A model generated the notes under the pieces. That model was not told the DNA's origin. It did not search any database and worked only from the letters and a program-made list of their open reading frames with translations. A program made the translations under genes and the position numbers. A stretch of DNA of 64,000 nucleotides, from NCBI GenBank assembly GCA_965199955.1, contig CBDATQ010000002.1, forward strand, positions 128,001 through 192,000, in the 5' to 3' direction. The stretch's first letter is position 1. Each line of letters starts with the position of its first letter. Below, one piece after another: positions 48,425 through 58,476 of the stretch. The stretch is from Spirochaetia bacterium. GTDB taxonomy: Bacteria; Spirochaetota; Spirochaetia; SZUA-6; Bin103.

Positions 48425-49471
48425 ATGGACGGAGGCTACATCCCGTTTCCCACTTGGCTGAATCCGGAGATCGTACCCGGACTGCCGCTGCGCTGGTACG
48501 GCCTGATGTACCTGGTGGCGTTCTACCTTACCTATCGGCTGCTGCGCGTGCGAATCGCGGAGCGGGACCTGACCGTCGACAACGAGACGGTCCTCAACCT
48601 GTTCTTCTGGGGGATCATCGGCGTGCTCATCGGAGGGCGTCTCATCTCCGTCATCGTCTACGACCCGAGCGGCCACTACCTGCGCAATCCGCTTCAGATC
48701 ATCGTTCCGTTCGCCCGTGAGGGGGGCAAGCTGCGCTTCGTGGGGCTGCAGGGGATGGCGTACCACGGCGGCCTGCTCGGGGCGATCGTCGCGGTCGCCC
48801 TCTACTGCCGGGCCAAGCGGCTGCCGGTCGCGGAGTGGATGGACATGATCGCGACCTGCACACCGCTGGGCTATACGTTCGGCCGAGTCGGGAACTTCAT
48901 CAACGGCGAGCTGTTCGGCCGGGTGACCACCGTGCCGTGGGGGGTCGTCTTCCCCGATGCCCCCGGTTTCCCGGCGGAGCAGGAGTGGGTGCGGGAGATG
49001 GCCGGGCGGTCCGGGATCGAGATCGGGCCGGAACAGGCGCTGGTGAACCTGGCGCGCCATCCTTCCCAGCTCTACGAGGCTGCCCTGGAAGGCTTGCTGC
49101 TGTTCGTGGTGCTGTGGTTCGTGCTGCGCAAGCGAGCGCCCTTCCCGGGGGTGCTGTTCTCGGCCTACCTGATCGGCTACGGGGTGGTGCGTTTCGCGGT
49201 CGAGTACCTCCGGCAGCCGGACCCCGGCCTGGACTTCCCGATCATGCTGGTACCGGTGGCGAATGCGTCGCAGACGTCGCTGCTCAACTTCACCACCGGC
49301 CAGATACTCTCCGCGATCATGATCGGCGCCGGGCTCTTGGCGTTCTTTCTGCTGCGACGGCGCGCGATGGCGGTCGCTCCGGAGGGGAGCAAGCCGGCGA
49401 CCGCGCCGGGTGCTCGTCCCCGGCCGGGCCGGTCGAGGCGCCGGCGCGCTGCCAGGCGCTCGCTCCGCTAG
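48425..49471 (+). CDS. lgt: Prolipoprotein diacylglyceryl transferase
   Basis: RWYG, YHGGL, GRVGNFINGE, HPSQLYE. Confidence 0.95.
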   Translation: MDGGYIPFPTWLNPEIVPGLPLRWYGLMYLVAFYLTYRLLRVRIAERDLTVDNETVLNLFFWGIIGVLIGGRLISVIVYDPSGHYLRNPLQIIVPFAREGGKLRFVGLQGMAYHGGLLGAIVAVALYCRAKRLPVAEWMDMIATCTPLGYTFGRVGNFINGELFGRVTTVPWGVVFPDAPGFPAEQEWVREMAGRSGIEIGPEQALVNLARHPSQLYEAALEGLLLFVVLWFVLRKRAPFPGVLFSAYLIGYGVVRFAVEYLRQPDPGLDFPIMLVPVANASQTSLLNFTTGQILSAIMIGAGLLAFFLLRRRAMAVAPEGSKPATAPGARPRPGRSRRRRAARRSLR

Positions 49472-49546
49472 CGGCGGGCTCGCAGCGACGGACCGGGCGT
49501 AAGCGACGCATTGGAAAGAGGTTGCGGCTTGCCGACCGGCGCGCGA

Positions 49547-49618
49547 TGGGCGATACTGGATTTGAACCAGTGACTTCTACCGTGTGAAGGTAGCACTCTC
49601 CCGCTGAGTTAATCGCCC
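49547..49618 (-). tRNA. tRNA-Val(CAC)
   Basis: GGGCGATTAACTCAGCGGGAGAGTG CTACC-TTCACAC-GGTAG ... GGTTCAAATCC ATCGCCCA. Confidence 0.95.
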
Positions 49619-49629
49619 ATGGACGAACA

Positions 49630-50298
49630 GTGTACCGCATAGCGCCGCAAACATCACGCCCTCTGCCACTGCTTCCGGCGCTCGCGCAGCCCGCCCTGCG
49701 GATGCCTGCACGCGCCAGGGCGGACGGCCTCGATCGCGAGTTGATCCGCAAGGCCATCCACTTGCTGGTGGCGCTGGTTTCACCGCTGGCGGCGGTGAAT
49801 CTTCCCGTCACCATGCGCCTGCTGATGGCGGGAACTCTGCTCTATACGGCTGCCGAGGCGATGCGGCTGACCGGGATCCGCGTGGCGGTAGTGTCGGGGC
49901 TTACCGTGGCTGCCGCGCGGCCGGGCGACACCGGCTTCGTGCTCGGACCGGTCACCCTGGGCCTGGGCGCCATGCTGGCGCTGCTGCTGTACCCGCTGCC
50001 CGCATCGGCGATCGCGATCTACGCGCTCGCGTTCGGCGACTCGGCGGCCAGCGTGATCGGCATGGCGTTCGCGGGGCGGCGCATGCCGCTGAACCGGAAC
50101 AAGACCGTGCCCGGGAGCGTGGCCTGCCTTGCCGCGGTGTTCCTGGTCACGATCACCCTTACGGCCGACCTCCGCCTGTCGATCGCGGTGGCCGTCGCCG
50201 CCATGACGATCGAGGCGCTTTCGGGCCGCGATCTGGACAACCTGCTGGTCCCCGTCGGTGTCGGGATGGTCGTGCAGGCGGTCAGGCTGCTGCCATAG
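49630..50298 (+). CDS. Phytol/dolichol kinase-like (CTP-transferase family) membrane protein (start may be 49702)
   Basis: RKAIHL, AFGDSAAS, KTVPGS, DLDNLLVP. Confidence 0.8.
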   Translation: MYRIAPQTSRPLPLLPALAQPALRMPARARADGLDRELIRKAIHLLVALVSPLAAVNLPVTMRLLMAGTLLYTAAEAMRLTGIRVAVVSGLTVAAARPGDTGFVLGPVTLGLGAMLALLLYPLPASAIAIYALAFGDSAASVIGMAFAGRRMPLNRNKTVPGSVACLAAVFLVTITLTADLRLSIAVAVAAMTIEALSGRDLDNLLVPVGVGMVVQAVRLLP

Positions 50299-50313
50299 TC
50301 TGCGTGACCGGAT

Positions 50314-51519
50314 ATGCGCAACATCGGCCTGCTCACCAGTGGGGGTGATGCACCCGGACTGAACGCCGTGCTGCACGGCGCCGCCGCCATGGCGGAAGCG
50401 CGCGGCGCGCGCGCCTGGATCATCCCCAACGGCTACGCCGGACTCTACAACCTGGAGCAGATCACGGAGCTGGTGGCGCTGGACGCGGACCGGCGCGACG
50501 CGATCGACTGCGCGGAAGCCGGGTCGTCGGCCGGGCACTCCCGCGTCAAGATTGCCGCGATTCCCGACGAGAACCGCTACGATCGCATCATCGCCGGGCT
50601 GCGGCGCTTCTCCATCGACGGCCTGGTGATCGCGGGGGGCGACGATACCGGCTCGGTAGTCGTCGACCTTGCGGAACGGGGCATCCCGGTCGTGCACGCG
50701 CCGAAGACGATCGACCTGGACCTGCAGACCTACTCGGTCGGGGGGGATACCGCGGTCAACCGGATCGCGCGTGTCGTCGACGATCTCAAGTCGACGGGCC
50801 GCAGCCACAACCGCGTGATGATCACCGAGGCGTTCGGGCGCTACGCCGGCCACGTCGCGCTGCGCGGCGGCATCGCCGCCGACGCCGACTGCATCCTGCT
50901 GCCGGAGGTTCCGGTCGACTTCGATGTCGTCCACGAACACCTGAAGCAGAGATTGATCGGCCGCCTGCGCTCCGCGGGCGGTTTCGCCGCGACCTACACG
51001 GTGGTCGTGGCCGAAGGGATGACGAGGGCGGACGGCGGCACGGTTACCGACGACAGCGTCGCCGCGGACGCCTTCGGCCATCGCAAGCTCGCCGGCGCCG
51101 GACGCTACGTCCGCGAACAGATCCAGGCGCGACTCGACGACGATGAGGAGATCCGCCATGCGATGCGCGAGCTGGGCATGTACGTTCCGGGTCTCCACCA
51201 CGCGCCTGAGGCGCGCGATGTCGTGCCCGCGCACTTGGTGCGTTCCGGGACCACGACCGCCTTCGATGTCGGATTCGGCAAGCAGGTCGGCGCGGGGGCG
51301 GTGCTCTTGCTGCTGGGCGGCGTCTCGGGGGTGACCGTGAGTTGGGTAAACGGCGATTCGGTGTCGTATCTGCCCACGCGCACGGCTATCGCGCAGCACC
51401 ACGTCGATCCGGCGATCATCAGCCTGTACGAGGAGATGGGGGTCTGCTTCGGCCGCCGCCCACGCCGCTATGCGCCGGAGTTCCGGCAGCTCGACGGCCC
51501 GGAGCCGCACTACCTCTGA
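50314..51519 (+). CDS. 6-phosphofructokinase, PPi-dependent signature
   Basis: LTSGGDAPGLN, GGDDT, PKTIDLD. Confidence 0.88.
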   Translation: MRNIGLLTSGGDAPGLNAVLHGAAAMAEARGARAWIIPNGYAGLYNLEQITELVALDADRRDAIDCAEAGSSAGHSRVKIAAIPDENRYDRIIAGLRRFSIDGLVIAGGDDTGSVVVDLAERGIPVVHAPKTIDLDLQTYSVGGDTAVNRIARVVDDLKSTGRSHNRVMITEAFGRYAGHVALRGGIAADADCILLPEVPVDFDVVHEHLKQRLIGRLRSAGGFAATYTVVVAEGMTRADGGTVTDDSVAADAFGHRKLAGAGRYVREQIQARLDDDEEIRHAMRELGMYVPGLHHAPEARDVVPAHLVRSGTTTAFDVGFGKQVGAGAVLLLLGGVSGVTVSWVNGDSVSYLPTRTAIAQHHVDPAIISLYEEMGVCFGRRPRRYAPEFRQLDGPEPHYL

Positions 51520-52727
51520 CGGCGGTCCGGCCTTGGGTCGGCCTGCCGGCGCTCGCGTGCGCCGGTCACGACGGCGATCGCGGCGCCGATCGCGACGTCA
51601 GCGGCCACGCCCATCGCGGTCAGCAGCGGCAGCACCGGGGCCACCAGGAGGTAACTCTCTTCCAGCCCTCTCCCCCAGCCGGCGGCAAGCAATGCCAGGG
51701 CCGCGGTTGCGGCGCCGCCCGGAGCCGCCGGCAGGGCGAAGGCGAGCACCGAGGTGGCGCCGATGATCCACAGCACCTCAGCCCAGGCAAGCGGAATGAT
51801 CGAATAGGAGCGAACGACAAGGGTGAAGGAGGAGGCGGCCACCATGGCGCTGCCTGCACGGCCGAACATCGCGAACAGCGGAAAGGCCGCGCTTCCCAGT
51901 TTGGTCGGAATCCGCAGGTTCGCGGCCCCGTGCCGGGCCAGCGCCGCCAGCGCCGCGTGGTGGTGTCCGGTGCCGATCCCCGTCAGCACCGGCACGGTCA
52001 GCCCGGACAACGACGGCACCTCCACCTGCCTGTGTCGGAGCAGGTGCCACCAGAGCAGCAGGCCTCCGAGCACCAGTCCCAGGTCGATCGCCAGTACCAG
52101 CACGAGCTGGCCGTAGGGACCGGCGCCGCCCCCTCTCAGGGCGGCGGTCAGCGACGCGCCGCCGAGCAGCAGCGCGATCCAGAGATGGCCGGTGACGAGG
52201 GAGTTGATCCGGTAGAAGAGCCGCGCCAGCGCCTCGACCAGCTCGGCGATCACGCGGCTCGACCGATCCTCCGGTATGCTCAGGCCGATCACCAGAGCGA
52301 TCAGGTATACTGGCAGCAACAGCGCCCCGTCGCCGGCCAGTCCGGCAAACAGGTTGGTCGGCAGCGCACGCTGTGCATGCTGAAGAAAGCTCGGCACCGA
52401 GGCGGCGGCGCGGTTTACGATGATGATGGGAATCCGATCCGGTGACGCTGCCAGCACGGACAGTACGCCCAGGGACGCCAGGGACACCGTGGCGGCCGCC
52501 TGCCCTGCGAGCAACCTGGCGTGGGCGCGCAGCGCGCCGCGGCGGCCCAGCTCGCGCATGCCCGCGACCAGGCCGAAGAACACCATCGGAAACACGAACA
52601 CCTGCACGGCCCGGACCGCCAGGTCCGCGGCGGTATGCAGGACTGCGGCGACCGGCGGCTGGTGGAGCAGGGCGCCCAGCGCAGCGCCGGCGGCCAGCGC
52701 CAGGGTGCCCCGGAGGGCCGGCGTCAT
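51510..52727 (-). CDS. Dicarboxylate/amino acid:cation symporter (divergent)
   Basis: Multi-TM protein; PTNLF, PLFAMFGRAGSA, APGG. Confidence 0.75.
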   Translation of the reverse strand: MTPALRGTLALAAGAALGALLHQPPVAAVLHTAADLAVRAVQVFVFPMVFFGLVAGMRELGRRGALRAHARLLAGQAAATVSLASLGVLSVLAASPDRIPIIIVNRAAASVPSFLQHAQRALPTNLFAGLAGDGALLLPVYLIALVIGLSIPEDRSSRVIAELVEALARLFYRINSLVTGHLWIALLLGGASLTAALRGGGAGPYGQLVLVLAIDLGLVLGGLLLWWHLLRHRQVEVPSLSGLTVPVLTGIGTGHHHAALAALARHGAANLRIPTKLGSAAFPLFAMFGRAGSAMVAASSFTLVVRSYSIIPLAWAEVLWIIGATSVLAFALPAAPGGAATAALALLAAGWGRGLEESYLLVAPVLPLLTAMGVAADVAIGAAIAVVTGARERRQADPRPDRRQR

Positions 52728-52748
52728 CGTTCACTCCAGGAGGCACGC

Positions 52749-53606
52749 ATGAAGGCGGTGATCGTCGCGGCCGGGTATGGAAGCAGGTTCCTGCCGGCTT
52801 CGAAGACGGTACCCAAGGAGATGTTTCCGGTCATCGACCGACCCGCGATCGACTTCATACTACAGGAGCTGCGCGACTCCGGCGTCGAGGACATCCTGTT
52901 CATCACCTCGCGCCGCAAGCGGGCGCTGGAAGACTACGTCGATCGCGAGGTGGAGCTGGAGCAGGTGTTCGAGTCCGAGGGCGCGGCCGACAAGCAGCGG
53001 ACGATCGCCGTGCCGCCGGGCCGATACGTATTCCTTCGGCAGCAGAGGATGCTGGGCACGGGCCAGGCGATCCTGCTGGCCGAGTCGTTCACCGGTGATG
53101 ACCCGTTCGTGGTCGTGTTTCCCGACGACCTGCACGTCGGCGAACCGCCGCTCACGCGCCAGTTGATCGACACGTACGAGCGCACCGGTTGCAGCGTGCT
53201 GGCCGTCGAGCACGATCCGCCCCATCTGGAGCGGTACGGGGTGGTGGCGCTTGCAGACGACGGCCTGCACGTCACCGGCATCGTGGAGAAGCCGGCGCCG
53301 GGCACGGAACCGAGCCGCGACATCGCCATCGGCCGCTACCTGTTTACGCCGGAGATCTACCCGGCCTTGCGGGGCCGCTGGGAACGCCATCGCGGCGGCG
53401 AGTTCAACTACACCGAGGGGGTGGAGGAGCTGGCACGGCAGGGGCGCGTGGTCATCCAGCTCATGATCGGCCGCCGTCTGGATATCGGCGCGCCGGCAGG
53501 CTACCTGCGGTCCATCCTGGAGTACGCGGCGCGCGACCCGGAGTTGGCGGCGGAGATCGAGGCCTTTCAGGCCGGCCGCGATACGTCGGCTGCCAGCGCC
53601 TCGTAG
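52749..53606 (+). CDS. galU: UTP--glucose-1-phosphate uridylyltransferase
   Basis: AAGYGSRFLPASKTVPKEM, VEKP, GRY. Confidence 0.9.
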   Translation: MKAVIVAAGYGSRFLPASKTVPKEMFPVIDRPAIDFILQELRDSGVEDILFITSRRKRALEDYVDREVELEQVFESEGAADKQRTIAVPPGRYVFLRQQRMLGTGQAILLAESFTGDDPFVVVFPDDLHVGEPPLTRQLIDTYERTGCSVLAVEHDPPHLERYGVVALADDGLHVTGIVEKPAPGTEPSRDIAIGRYLFTPEIYPALRGRWERHRGGEFNYTEGVEELARQGRVVIQLMIGRRLDIGAPAGYLRSILEYAARDPELAAEIEAFQAGRDTSAASAS

Positions 53607-54406
53607 CGTGCGGCCTCACCGTCGCGGCCACGCTTGCGCGCGCCGGCGGCGTGGATCAGGCACTTGCGGGCGAGCTCGCGGCGCGCGATGGAGCGTTCAG
53701 GCTCCGCCCAGTGATCGGCCGCCACCAGCGGCGCCAGGGCGTCGATGCGAAAGCGTTCGATCTGCCCGTAGCGCTCCGAGAGCTGGTCCCCGTGGCCGGC
53801 GCGCTTGGTGACCAGCGGCCGGTCGCAGTACGCCACCGGGAAGCGCGCGGTCACGCGCAGCCACAGCTCGTAGTCCTCGGCGATCTCCAGGTCTTCGCGG
53901 AACCCGACGACCTCGCGCAGCACGGCGCGGTGCAGGACCACCGTGGATGGCCCGACGATGCACTTGCGGACGGCGTCGGCAAACAGCCACCCGGAGCGCC
54001 GATGGCGTTGGCCGGCCTGTGACACGGGGCGGCCGTCGCGCAGCCAGAGCTCCCGGCTGTGGACGATCGGAACGCCGGGACTCGCGCGCAGCAGCTCGAT
54101 CTGCAGGGCGAGCTTGTCGGGCATCCAAAGGTCGTCGGAGTCGAGGAACGCCAGGTAGTCGCCGGTCGCGACAGCCACGCCGGCGTTGCGCACGGCGCCG
54201 GGCCGGCCGTTGTGGTCGATGCGGAGCAGGCGCAGGCCGGGCTCCGCGCGCAGGCGATCCGAGGTGCCGTCGGTGGACCCGTCGTCCACGACGATCAGCT
54301 CGATCGGGGCATAGCTCTGCGCGCGGACCGAATCGATCGCCTCCATCAACAGGGCGAGGCGGTCGTGCGTGGGGATGACCACCGACACCAGCGGGTGATC
54401 GGACAC
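53567..54406 (-). CDS. Glycosyltransferase family 2
   Basis: VSVVIPT, VVDDGSTD, FLDSDD, EDYELW. Confidence 0.9.
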   Translation of the reverse strand: MSDHPLVSVVIPTHDRLALLMEAIDSVRAQSYAPIELIVVDDGSTDGTSDRLRAEPGLRLLRIDHNGRPGAVRNAGVAVATGDYLAFLDSDDLWMPDKLALQIELLRASPGVPIVHSRELWLRDGRPVSQAGQRHRRSGWLFADAVRKCIVGPSTVVLHRAVLREVVGFREDLEIAEDYELWLRVTARFPVAYCDRPLVTKRAGHGDQLSERYGQIERFRIDALAPLVAADHWAEPERSIARRELARKCLIHAAGARKRGRDGEAARYEALAADVSRPA

Positions 54407-54424
54407 CAGTTCGATGGGCTAACT

Positions 54425-54991
54425 ATGCAGTACTCTGCACCCGTGGCCTCCGGCACGGGACAGGGGAGCGCACCGATCGCCACGGGCGGAGTCACCCGCG
54501 TGGCGCTGATCGGCTTCATGGGCGCCGGCAAGTCCTCGGTCGGGATGGCGCTGGCGGTGGCGCTGCGCTGGCGGTTCGTCGACCTGGACCGGGCAATCGA
54601 ACAGGAGCAGGGGCGGACGATCCGCGAGATCTTCGCCGCGGCCGGCGAGTCGGGCTTCCGGGCAGCGGAGAGCGCCGCCCTGCATCGGCTGACCGGCGCG
54701 GAGCAGACGGTCCTGGCGGTCGGCGGCGGAGCGCCGGTGCAGCCGGAGAACCGGGCGTTCTTCCGCGATTGGATGACCTTCTATCTGGCCGCGCCGCTCG
54801 CGGAGCTTCGAGAGCGGGCCGGCCGGCCGGGCGCCCGGCCGCTGATGGACCTGCCGCCCGCCCAGCTGCGCGCCCTGTATCGACGGCGCGAGCCGATCTA
54901 CCGGAGTCTCGGTATCCGTATCCACACCACTCGCAGGCCGGTCGGCGCCATCACGGCCACCATCCTGGAGCGGATGCGCCAGCCGACGTGA
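54425..54991 (+). CDS. aroK: Shikimate kinase
   Basis: GFMGAGKS, DLD, GESGFR, GGG, RPL. Confidence 0.92.
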   Translation: MQYSAPVASGTGQGSAPIATGGVTRVALIGFMGAGKSSVGMALAVALRWRFVDLDRAIEQEQGRTIREIFAAAGESGFRAAESAALHRLTGAEQTVLAVGGGAPVQPENRAFFRDWMTFYLAAPLAELRERAGRPGARPLMDLPPAQLRALYRRREPIYRSLGIRIHTTRRPVGAITATILERMRQPT

Positions 54992-55073
54992 TGTGACACC
55001 TGCCGGCACGTCGCCACCGCCTCCGGTGTGTGGATTGGAGGGGAGGGATATCCTCGCCTGACGCGCCGGGTGG

Positions 55074-55640
55074 TCAGCGCCGCCGGCGCTCGAGCTCCAC
55101 GTACACCTGGTCGAGCCGGACGCCCTGAGCTTCCAGCAGCGCCAGCAGGTGGTAGAGCAGGTCGGCCGACTCGGTGACCAGCTCCTCCGCCGTGCCGGCG
55201 GTGATCACCTCGATCGCCTCTTCGCCCACCTTCTTGCGGATCTTGCCGGCACCCTGCTCGAACAGATAGGCGGTGTAGGAGCGTTCCGGATCGGCTCCCT
55301 TGCGTTCCCGGATGGCCGCCGCCAGTGCGTCGAGCGCGTCAGGCGGCCGCTCCCGGTTCGTCGCGGCGGCGCCGGAGCCCCGCGGCTCCGTGGTCTCCTC
55401 GGCCAACGCTGCCGCGTACCACGAGTCTCCGCGCCGCACGTCGGCGATCCGGGACGTGCAACCCGGCGGAGGGCGGTACGGCAGTTCGCGGGCGCCATCG
55501 ACATCGGTCACCCACAGCGATCGCGATTCGCGCGTCTTGACGTAGGCGCGCTCGTTCATCGCCAGCAGGTCGACCACCGTGCCGCCGGAGATCACGACCA
55601 GCGGGCGCACGCCGGCCGGCGAGGCCGTCACGTCGCCCAC
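55074..55640 (-). CDS. hisE: Phosphoribosyl-ATP pyrophosphatase with vestigial HisI-like N-terminus
   Basis: SYTAYLF, KKVGEEAIE, ESADLLYHLL. Confidence 0.88.
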   Translation of the reverse strand: MGDVTASPAGVRPLVVISGGTVVDLLAMNERAYVKTRESRSLWVTDVDGARELPYRPPPGCTSRIADVRRGDSWYAAALAEETTEPRGSGAAATNRERPPDALDALAAAIRERKGADPERSYTAYLFEQGAGKIRKKVGEEAIEVITAGTAEELVTESADLLYHLLALLEAQGVRLDQVYVELERRRR

Positions 55641-56368
55641 AGCTCGGTGTCGCCCGGGCGCTGCAGCGCGTCGACCGCGTGCCTCAGATCGACGCGACGC
55701 TCATAGATCGCGGTACCGACGATCGCGCCGGCGGCGGCGCCCGTCGAAGCGATCGCCGTCAGGTCGGCCTGCGAGCTCACGCCGCCGGAAAACAGCACCG
55801 GCAGCCCGGACGCCTCGGCGGCCGCCGTGCCGCCCGCCAAGTCCGGGCCCTCCAGCATGCCATCGCGATCGACCGCCGTGTAGACCAGCCCGGCCAGCCT
55901 CGACCCGCGCACGGCATCGATCAGCACCCGCTCGCCGCCCGCCGACTCCGCCCATCCTCTGACCTGCACTTGCCCCAGGCGGGCGTCGATGCCGCCGACC
56001 ACCCGGCCGGGCCACCGTTCGGCCCAGGACAGGACCTCCGACGTACGGGTTGCAAGCGTCGTGCCCACGACCACGGCGTCCACCCCAACGTCGAGCAACG
56101 CCTCGGCATCCTCGGCGCTCCTGACCCCGCCGCCTGCCTGGATGCGGACATCGACGGTCTTGCGGATCGTACCAATCATCTCTCGGTTGGTCCCGCTGCC
56201 GCGCGCGGCATCGAGGTCGACCACGTGGATCCAGAGCGCTCCGGCCTGAGCGAAGTCCGCGGCGATCGCGGCGGCGGCGTCGCCGTAACGGCGCGCGCGC
56301 TCAAAGTCCCCCTGCTGCAGCTGGACGCAACGGCCGCCAAGCAGATCGATGGCGGGTACGATGAGCAC
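55628..56368 (-). CDS. hisA: ProFAR isomerase
   Basis: PAIDLLGGRCV, HVVDLD, GGGVRS, RDGMLEGPD, SGGV. Confidence 0.9.
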   Translation of the reverse strand: MLIVPAIDLLGGRCVQLQQGDFERARRYGDAAAAIAADFAQAGALWIHVVDLDAARGSGTNREMIGTIRKTVDVRIQAGGGVRSAEDAEALLDVGVDAVVVGTTLATRTSEVLSWAERWPGRVVGGIDARLGQVQVRGWAESAGGERVLIDAVRGSRLAGLVYTAVDRDGMLEGPDLAGGTAAAEASGLPVLFSGGVSSQADLTAIASTGAAAGAIVGTAIYERRVDLRHAVDALQRPGDTELWAT

Positions 56369-56375
56369 CGCGGCC

Positions 56376-56831
56376 TCAGCGCAGCGGATCGAACGCCTGA
56401 TGGAGCGTGCGCTCGACCGTGTGCGTGTCGACCCCGCTCTCCCACAGGCCTGTCAGGCGGCCCTGCCGGCCGAGGCGGCAGATCGCGGCCAGCACCTGCA
56501 GGTACTCCGTGCGCTGCGCGGGCGCGGTCGCGAACACGAACAGGAGATGCACCGGCTGTCGATCGACGGCGGCGAACTCGATGCCGAGCCGGGACACGCC
56601 GACCGCAACCAGCAGTGAGGACAGCCCCTTCAACTCGCCGTGCGACAGCGCGATGCCTCGTCCGACTGCCGTGGAGTGGACGCGCTCGCGTGCGATCACC
56701 GCGTCCTCGATTGCCTCGCGATTGGCGTCGCCCAGCGCCGGCCAGCGGCTGATCACCTCGTGGATTGCGGCCCATTTATCGCGACTGGAGAGATCGGGGA
56801 CAACCGCAACGGACGACGCGCAACCCTGCAC
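56376..56831 (-). CDS. PTS IIA (PtsN/fructose-type) domain protein
   Basis: RERVHSTAVGRGIALSHG, D..PVHL. Confidence 0.8.
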   Translation of the reverse strand: MQGCASSVAVVPDLSSRDKWAAIHEVISRWPALGDANREAIEDAVIARERVHSTAVGRGIALSHGELKGLSSLLVAVGVSRLGIEFAAVDRQPVHLLFVFATAPAQRTEYLQVLAAICRLGRQGRLTGLWESGVDTHTVERTLHQAFDPLR

Positions 56832-56900
56832 TTCCGTTCACGTTACACGCGATACGCCCGTGCGACAACGACGATAGGAGCGGGCGTGTTACGCTGTCCC

Positions 56901-57161
56901 GTGCGCATAGCCGTCGCATATCGGCCGGGCATTACCGATGGCAGGGCAACGGCGCTGGCCGCGTCGCTGTTCGACCCCAACGGCTCGACCGCTGCGGCGG
57001 CCGGGCTGTGCGACGCGAGCGGCCGGGTGTTCGGGCTGATGCCGCACCCGGAGGCGTTCCCGGATCCCGTCAATCACCCGCGCTGGACGCGCAGAATGCC
57101 GGCACGGGCAGACGGCCTGCTGCTGCTCGAGAACGGCGTGCAGCAGGCCGCGGCCGCATGA
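56901..57161 (+). pseudogene. purQ: Internally deleted PurQ (FGAM synthase glutaminase) remnant
   Basis: PurQ-like N-terminus RIAVAYRPG joined directly to the C-terminal PNGS..AGLCD.SGRVFGLMPHPE; catalytic Cys region absent. Confidence 0.65.
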
Positions 57162-57772
57162 GCTCGTCCCCGGCCGACGGCCATCGCCACCGTCTGCTCG
57201 CCCTGCTCCGCGGCAACGCCGTGCTCTGGGAGTGCCTGGAGCGGGTAGCCGAGCTGGATCTGCCCGGCTGGTACCTGGGGGCAGGCTGCGTGACCCAGAC
57301 CGTCTGGAACGCCGCCCACGGCAAGCCGCCGGGGGAGGACATCGACGACCACGACCTGGTCTACTTCGATGCCGGCGACCTCGGCGAGGAAGCCGAGGTC
57401 GCCGGCGTGACCGGGGCGCAGGAGGCCGTGACCGGCCTGCCGATCCGTCTGGACGTCAAGAACCAGGCCAGGGTCCACCTCTGGTACCGGCAACGCTTCG
57501 GGTACCGCATCGAGCCCTACCGCTCCACCGAGGCCGCCATCCGCACGTGGCCCACCACGGCGACCGCGGTCGGCGTGCGGCTGACGCGCGGGGGCCCGGT
57601 GGTGTTCGCGCCGTTCGGCCTGGCCGACCTGTTCGGGCTCGTGGTGCGCGCGAATCGGGTGCAGGTCACGCAGGCGATCTACGAAGGAAAGGTGGCTCGA
57701 TGGCGCAGGTGCTGGCCGGATCTCACGGTGCTTCCGTGGGACGACGGCATCGGCGCCCCCCGGCGAACTTGA
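57158..57772 (+). CDS. Nucleotidyltransferase family protein (DUF925-like)
   Basis: AGCVTQTVWN, DHDLVYFD, VKNQARVH, APFGLADL. Confidence 0.85.
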   Translation: MSSSPADGHRHRLLALLRGNAVLWECLERVAELDLPGWYLGAGCVTQTVWNAAHGKPPGEDIDDHDLVYFDAGDLGEEAEVAGVTGAQEAVTGLPIRLDVKNQARVHLWYRQRFGYRIEPYRSTEAAIRTWPTTATAVGVRLTRGGPVVFAPFGLADLFGLVVRANRVQVTQAIYEGKVARWRRCWPDLTVLPWDDGIGAPRRT

Positions 57773-57816
57773 AGGCAGGCGCCCCGCGTGGCACCGTACG
57801 GTCCAGGAGGACATCA

Positions 57817-58476
57817 GTGGCGCTCAGGATCAACGACGAAGCTCCCGATTTTTCCGCGGAGACTACTCAGGGCCCGATCGACTTCCACGAGTGGATTGGC
57901 GACGGATGGGCGGTTCTCTTCTCTCACCCCAAGGACTTCACGCCGGTGTGCACCACCGAGCTGGGCGCGGTGGCGGGTCTCCAGGACGAGTTCGCCAGGC
58001 GCAACTGCAAGGTGCTCGGTATCAGCGTGGACGGCGTCAGCGACCACGAAGCGTGGTCGAAGGACATCGAGGCGTCTCAGGGCCACGCGGTGACCTACCC
58101 GCTGATCGGCGATCCGGACCTCTCCATCGTGAAGACCTACGACATGCTGCCAGGGGACGCCGGGACGACCTCCGCAGGCCGCACGCCCATGGACAACGCC
58201 ACCGCGCGGTCGGTGTTCGTGATCGGGCCAGACAAGAAGATCAAGGCGACCCTGACCTACCCGATGAGCACGGGCCGCAACTTCGCGGAGATCCTGCGCC
58301 TGCTCGACTCGTGCCAGCTCACCGCGGCCAAGCAGGTCGCGACCCCGGCCAACTGGAACCAGGGCGACGACGTGATCATCCTGCCGTCCGTTTCCGACGA
58401 GGCGGCGAAGGAGACCTATCCGGACGGATGGGAGTCCCCATTGCCGTACATCCGCATTGTCCCGCAGCCCAGATAG
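57817..58476 (+). CDS. 1-Cys peroxiredoxin (Prx6)
   Basis: FSHPKDFTPVCTTE, YPMSTGRNF; SD AGGAGG before GTG. Confidence 0.95.
   Translation: MALRINDEAPDFSAETTQGPIDFHEWIGDGWAVLFSHPKDFTPVCTTELGAVAGLQDEFARRNCKVLGISVDGVSDHEAWSKDIEASQGHAVTYPLIGDPDLSIVKTYDMLPGDAGTTSAGRTPMDNATARSVFVIGPDKKIKATLTYPMSTGRNFAEILRLLDSCQLTAAKQVATPANWNQGDDVIILPSVSDEAAKETYPDGWESPLPYIRIVPQPR

Noticed and set aside
53567..53606. 40-bp convergent overlap of galU and the GT2 gene (also 10 bp at 51510-51519)
   Set aside because: Short tail-to-tail overlaps are common in GC-rich genomes
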